This document shows positions 59,364-64,000 of a stretch of 64,000 nucleotides of DNA, one piece after another (position 1 is the stretch's first letter; the number at the start of each line of letters is the position of its first letter). The notes beneath the pieces were generated by a model, which saw only the letters and a program-made list of their open reading frames with translations, was not told the DNA's origin and did not search any database. The position numbers and the translations under genes were made by a program. Origin of the DNA: Mobula hypostoma. Taxonomy: Eukaryota. The stretch spans positions 3,658,001 through 3,722,000 of the forward strand of contig NC_086108.1 in assembly GCF_963921235.1 (NCBI RefSeq), read 5' to 3'.

Positions 59364-61050
59364 TAAACACAAAATAATCTGCAGATGCTGTAAAAGATCA
59401 AAGCAACACTTTCAGTACGCTGGATGAATTCAGCAGGTCGGGCAGCATCAGTCAGAAACGATGAGTCGACGTTTCCGGCCGGAGCCCTTCGTCAGGACTG
59501 AAGAATGAAAGATGGGGAAGGATTTGAAGAATGCTTGTAGCTTCAGTTGAAAGACCAGTAATTTGAAAGACAAAAGGGTGGGGGAGAGGAAGCATTGAGG
59601 TCATAGCCCTGAAAACAATGGGTAGTAGAAGGAGGCGGAACCATGAGGGAGGTGGTAGGCAGCTGGGGGAGGGGGCAGAGTGAAATAGGGATAGAGGAAG
59701 GGAGGGGGAGGGAATTGCCAGAAGTTGGAGAATTCTATGTTCATTCCAAGGGGCTGGAGACTACCTAGACAGTATGTGAGGTGTTGCTCCTCCAACCTGA
59801 GTTTAGCCTCATCATGGCAGTAGAGGAGGCCATGTATGGACATATCTGAATGGGAATGGGAAGCAGAGTTGAAGTGGGTGGCTACCGGGAGATCCTGTCT
59901 GTTGTGGCGGACGGAGCAGAGGTGCTCGACGAAGCCGTTCCCCAATCTGCGTCGGGTTTCACCGATGTAGAGGAGGCCGCACCGGGAGTACCGGATGCAA
60001 TAGATGACCCCAACAGACTCACAAGTGAAGTGTTGCCTCACCTGGAAGGACTGTTTGGGGCCCTGAATGGTGGCAAGAGAGGAGGTGTAGCACTTGCGCT
60101 TACAGGGATAAGTGCCAGGTGGGAGTTCAGTGGGGATGGACTTGCGGATAAGGGAGTGGCGGAGGGACCGATCCCTGCGGAAAGCAGAGAGGGGTGGAGA
60201 GGGAAAGATGTGCTTAGTGGTGGGGTCCTGTTGAAGGTGGTGGAAGTTGCGGAGGATAATGTGCTGGATCCGGAGGCTGGTGGGGTGGTAGGTAAGGACA
60301 AGGGGAACTCTGTCCCTGTTGTGGTGGCGGGAGGATGGGGTGAGGGCCGAAGTGCGGGAAATGGAGGAGATGCGGGTGAGGGCATCATTGATGACGGTAG
60401 AAGGGAAACCACGATCCTTAAAGAAAGACGACATTTGAGATGTCCTGGAAAGGAAAACCTCACCTTGGGAGCAGATGCGGCGGAAACAGAGGAACTGGGA
60501 ATAGGGAATGGCATTTTTGCATGTGGCGGAGTGGGAAGAGGTATAGTTGAGGTAGTTATGAGAGTCAGTGGGCTTGTAGAAGATGTCAGTGGGCAGTCTG
60601 TCTCCAGAGATGGAGACTGAGACATCGAGAAAGGGGAGAGAAGTGTCCGAGATAGACCAAGTGAATTTGAGGGCTGGGTGGAAGTTAGAAGTAAAGTTGA
60701 TGAAATTGACAAACTCAGCATGGGTGCAGGAAGCAGCACAAATGTAGTTGTCAATGTACCGAAGGAAAAGTTGGGGAGCAGTACCAGAATAGGTTTGGAG
60801 CACAGACTGTTCCACATAAGCAACGAAGAGGCAGGCGTAGCTGGGTCCCATGCGAGTTCCCATAGCTAAACCCTTAGTCTGAAGAAAGTAGGAAGAGCCA
60901 AAAGAGAAGTTATTAAGTGTGAGAACCAGTTCCGCCAACCGGAGGAGGGTAGTGGTGGTGGGGAACTGGTGAGGTCTATTATTCGGAAGTAACAGAGGGC
61001 TTTGAGGCCTTCTTGATGGGGAATGGAGGTGTATAAGGATTGGACATCTC
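59364..61050 (-). mobile_element. Penelope-like retroelement (RT + GIY-YIG, Neptune-like), 5'-truncated, 13-bp TSD
   Basis: DVQSLYTSIP, GLAMGTRMGPSYACLF, FLRYIDN (second catalytic Asp lost), VIYCIRYSRCGLLYIGET; TSD TTCTGGTAAATCT at 59351-59363 and 61051-61063. Confidence 0.95.
59464..59500 (-). ncRNA. Minimal type I hammerhead ribozyme motif in the PLE 3' terminal repeat
   Basis: Reverse complement CAGTC-CTGACGA-AG-GGC-TCCG-GCC-G-GAAAC-GTC-GACT: intact core, AGTC/GACT stem I. Confidence 0.75.
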
Positions 61051-62104
61051 TTCTGGTAAATCTCCTCTGCACCCTTTCCAGAGTTTCCACATCCTTCCTG
61101 TAATGAGGTGACCAGAACTGAGCAGAATATTCCAAGTGTAGTCTTAGTACAGTCCATACTCCCAGTGTACTGGCGTATGCCTGAAATTGGTTTGCGAGTG
61201 CCAAGGTAGAATGGAGAACTTTGTTTGCATGCAATCCAAACAGACCATTCCACTGAGACAGTACGAGGGAATGTACGTTGCGTGCCTGTGATCTTGCTGC
61301 AAGCACATTTTTCAGTGTACCTACACCTCTCCATGCCTGAGTGCGCGTAGCAGTAAATGCAATCTGAGACTCTAAATATTTGACCCTTTGAACCCAGAGA
61401 ATCAAAATCAGGTTTATTGTCACTGACAACTGTCATGAAATTCATTGTTTTGTGACAGCAGTATGGTGAAATACATAAAACAATTAATTACAACAAGATA
61501 GAGATGTGTGAGAGAGTTATGGAAAAGTATGGCACAGAAACAGGCCCTTCAGCCCATCTAAACTGCCTACTGCCATTGACCCATCAGAAGTGTGGATTGG
61601 GACATGGATGGGAGGCTGTGGTCCCAGAGCAGGTCGGCGGGAGGAGGCAGTTTAAATGGCTCAGCACAGACTACATGGGCCTATGTTTTTCTATGACTCT
61701 GACTCCACTATTTTTGCACTGCTTTTTTTAAAATATGTATTTCTCACTGCAATTTGTAGTTTTAAAAATGTATGACAATATACTGCTGCCGCAAAATTAC
61801 AGGTCTCACGACATATACCAGTGATATTAAACCTGATTCTGATTCTAGGCGCTGCGCATGGATAATGAAGCGAAATTTGCACAAAACAGATGTTTAAAAT
61901 CTTAAACTCAAAAAATAACGTTGGAAGTACTTTGCGGGTCAGACAGTGTCAGATTAGAAACTAAAAACCATTGTATACATTTCTGTTACTTTTGTTTACA
62001 TAATATCAATGGGGAAATGTATCTATCTATATTCTTTGTATTTAAAATACTTGCCAATAAGATGGAAAATGTTTTTTAAAATGTAGTATGTTATTTTCGA
62101 ACAT

Positions 62105-62525
62105 GAGACAATCTGTAGATGCAGGAAATCCAAAACACCACACACAAAAAAGAGTAAACAGTCAACGTTTAAGGCCGAGACCCTTCATCAGGACTGGAAA
62201 ACAAGGAGGAAGACACCAGAATAAAAAGGTGGGGAGAGGGGGACAGCTGGAAGGTGATGGCTGAAGCCAGGTGGGTGGGAAAGGTAAAGGTCTGGAGAAG
62301 AAGGAATCTAATAGGAGAGGAGAGTGGACCGTAGGAGAAAGGGAAGGAGGAGGGGATCCAGGGGAAGTGATAGGCAGGAGAGAAGTAAAAGATCAGAGTG
62401 GGGAATAGGGGAAGTGGGAAGGAGGAAGGGAAAGAGACCAGGTGACAGGTGATGGGTGAAACCAGGTAGGTACTCTTTTCCATAGATACTGCCTGACCTG
62501 CTGAGTTCCTCCAGCATTTTGTGAA
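62105..62525 (-). mobile_element. PLE 3'UTR + terminal unit with an inverted terminal piece
   Basis: Hammerhead-like motif at 62159-62197 (minus); plus-strand tail at 62470-62523. Confidence 0.8.
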
Positions 62526-62644
62526 GATGTTATTTTGTAGTTTTTTGTTCAACAGCAAGAAACCTGGACTGAAGTTTAGATACAGAGGAGATTAGTGTTA
62601 TCCAAGAACAGCTATTCCAATAGAACAGACATGGAAATGATATT

Positions 62645-63225
62645 TAGAACATAAAACCATAAGACAAAGGAGCAGAATTAGGCCATTTGGCCCATCAAGT
62701 CTTCTCTGTCATTTCATCATGCCTGATCCATTTCCCTCTCAGCTCCAATCTTTTGCCTTTTCATGCCCTGACTAATCAAGAATCCATCAACTTCTGCCTT
62801 AAAAATACCCAGTGACTTGGCCTCCACAGCTGCCTATGGTGACAAATTCCACACATTTACCACCCTCTGGCTCAAGAAATTCCTCCTCATCTTGGCTCTA
62901 AAAGAACATCCCTCTATTCTGAGGCCGTGTCCTCTGATCTTAGACTTGCCCACTTGCTCTTGATATCCACTCTATCAAGGGCTCTCACCTTTCAATAGAT
63001 TTCAATGAGGCCACCTCTCACTCTCCTGAGCAGAGGCCCAGAGCCATCAGACACTCTTCATATCACAAGCCGTTCAATCCTGGATTAATTTTTGTGATCC
63101 TCCCTTGATCCTGCTCCAGTTTCAGCGCGTCCTTTCCAAGATAAGAAGCACTAACCTGTTCACAATACAAGTGAGACCTCACCAGTGAAGTCCCAACATT
63201 ACATCCTTGCTTTTATATTCTAAAA
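62645..63225 (-). mobile_element. CR1 3' part, same subfamily as 11322-13510
   Basis: Colinear similarity with 11322-11940. Confidence 0.85.
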
Positions 63226-63459
63226 TTACTCTCATTTTATTGTAATTTGAGTATTTGCAGAGTTTTTCTCCAGGTTTTAATCCATATTTATGCAAGGGAA
63301 ATGGCCCAATCAGGAATCGAACTCAGGTCACTGGGTTGAAAGTCTGGCTGAGAGGACTGAGAGTGAACCCCATTGCAGAAACCGTGGTGCAGACAAAAGT
63401 TGATATGCAGCAGATTCAAAAGCATGCTTTACTTTTTTTTAGCCAAGATGGTAGTGGAT

Positions 63460-63951
63460 TTGGCCCAGTACGACACAGGTAAAGCCCTCCCAACTATTGA
63501 GCACCTCTACATGAAACACTGTCAGAGGAAAGCAGCATCCATCATCAGAGATCCCCACCACCCAGGCCATGCTCTCTTCTTGTTGCTGCCATCAGGTAAA
63601 ACATACAAGAGCCTCAGGACTCTCGCCACCAGGTTCAAGAACAGTTCCTACCCCTTACCATCAGGCTCTTGAACAAAAGGGGATAACTACACTCACTTCC
63701 CCATCATTGAGATGTTCCTGCAACCAATGATCTCACTTTAAGGATTCTTTATCTCATTATCTCATGGTCTCATTATCTATTGCTTTTTTTTATATTTGGA
63801 TTTGCACAGTTTGTTGTCTTCTGCACTCTGGTTGATCTTTCATTGATCCTGTTATAGTTACTATTCTGAGTATGCCCGCAAGAAAATGATTCTCAAGGTT
63901 GTATATGGCGACATAAATGTACTTTGATAATAAAATTTACTTTGAACTTTG
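63460..63951 (+). mobile_element. Rex1/Babar 3' fragment
   Basis: IIRDPHHPGHALFLLLPSGKTYKSL; tail AATAAAATTTACTTTGAACTTTG. Confidence 0.88.
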
Positions 63952-64000
63952 TGACGGGCAAAAACAGGCAACCAGTCCAACTCAAAAATGCAGAAATGCA

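Noticed and set aside
59601..61445. 614-aa ORF as an intact gene
   Set aside because: Chimeric: the N-terminal ~130 aa run through a CR1 fragment and unrelated flank before entering a 5'-truncated PLE, and YIDD is mutated to YIDN

Overview
Repeat-dominated eukaryotic non-coding DNA. The repeat families (CR1/HER1-like LINEs, V-SINE-like elements, Rex1/Babar LINEs, Penelope-like elements, Tc1) point to a vertebrate, probably a cartilaginous fish; that assignment is inference. I find no intact host protein-coding gene, and every long ORF is transposon-derived or a translation of a tandem repeat. Main content: two nested transposon stacks built around Tc1 copies (3.4-10.5 kb and 56.7-61.1 kb) with readable target-site duplications (TSDs); long CR1 and Rex1/Babar LINE relics; RTE and R4/Dong fragments; and Penelope-like elements (PLEs, RT + GIY-YIG). 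More than a dozen short PLE-terminal units carry a minimal type I hammerhead ribozyme motif. Two of these are 78-91 bp inserts flanked by perfect 12-bp TSDs. Three large minisatellites (60, 57/59 and 38 bp units) each appear to have expanded inside a retroelement. There is also a ~940-bp fold-back repeat and a ~24-kb CpG-retaining domain (25-49 kb) whose unique islands look like developmental enhancers or a promoter. Family names are from recognised protein motifs and remembered consensus features, not database searches. Boundaries are approximate unless a TSD is quoted.
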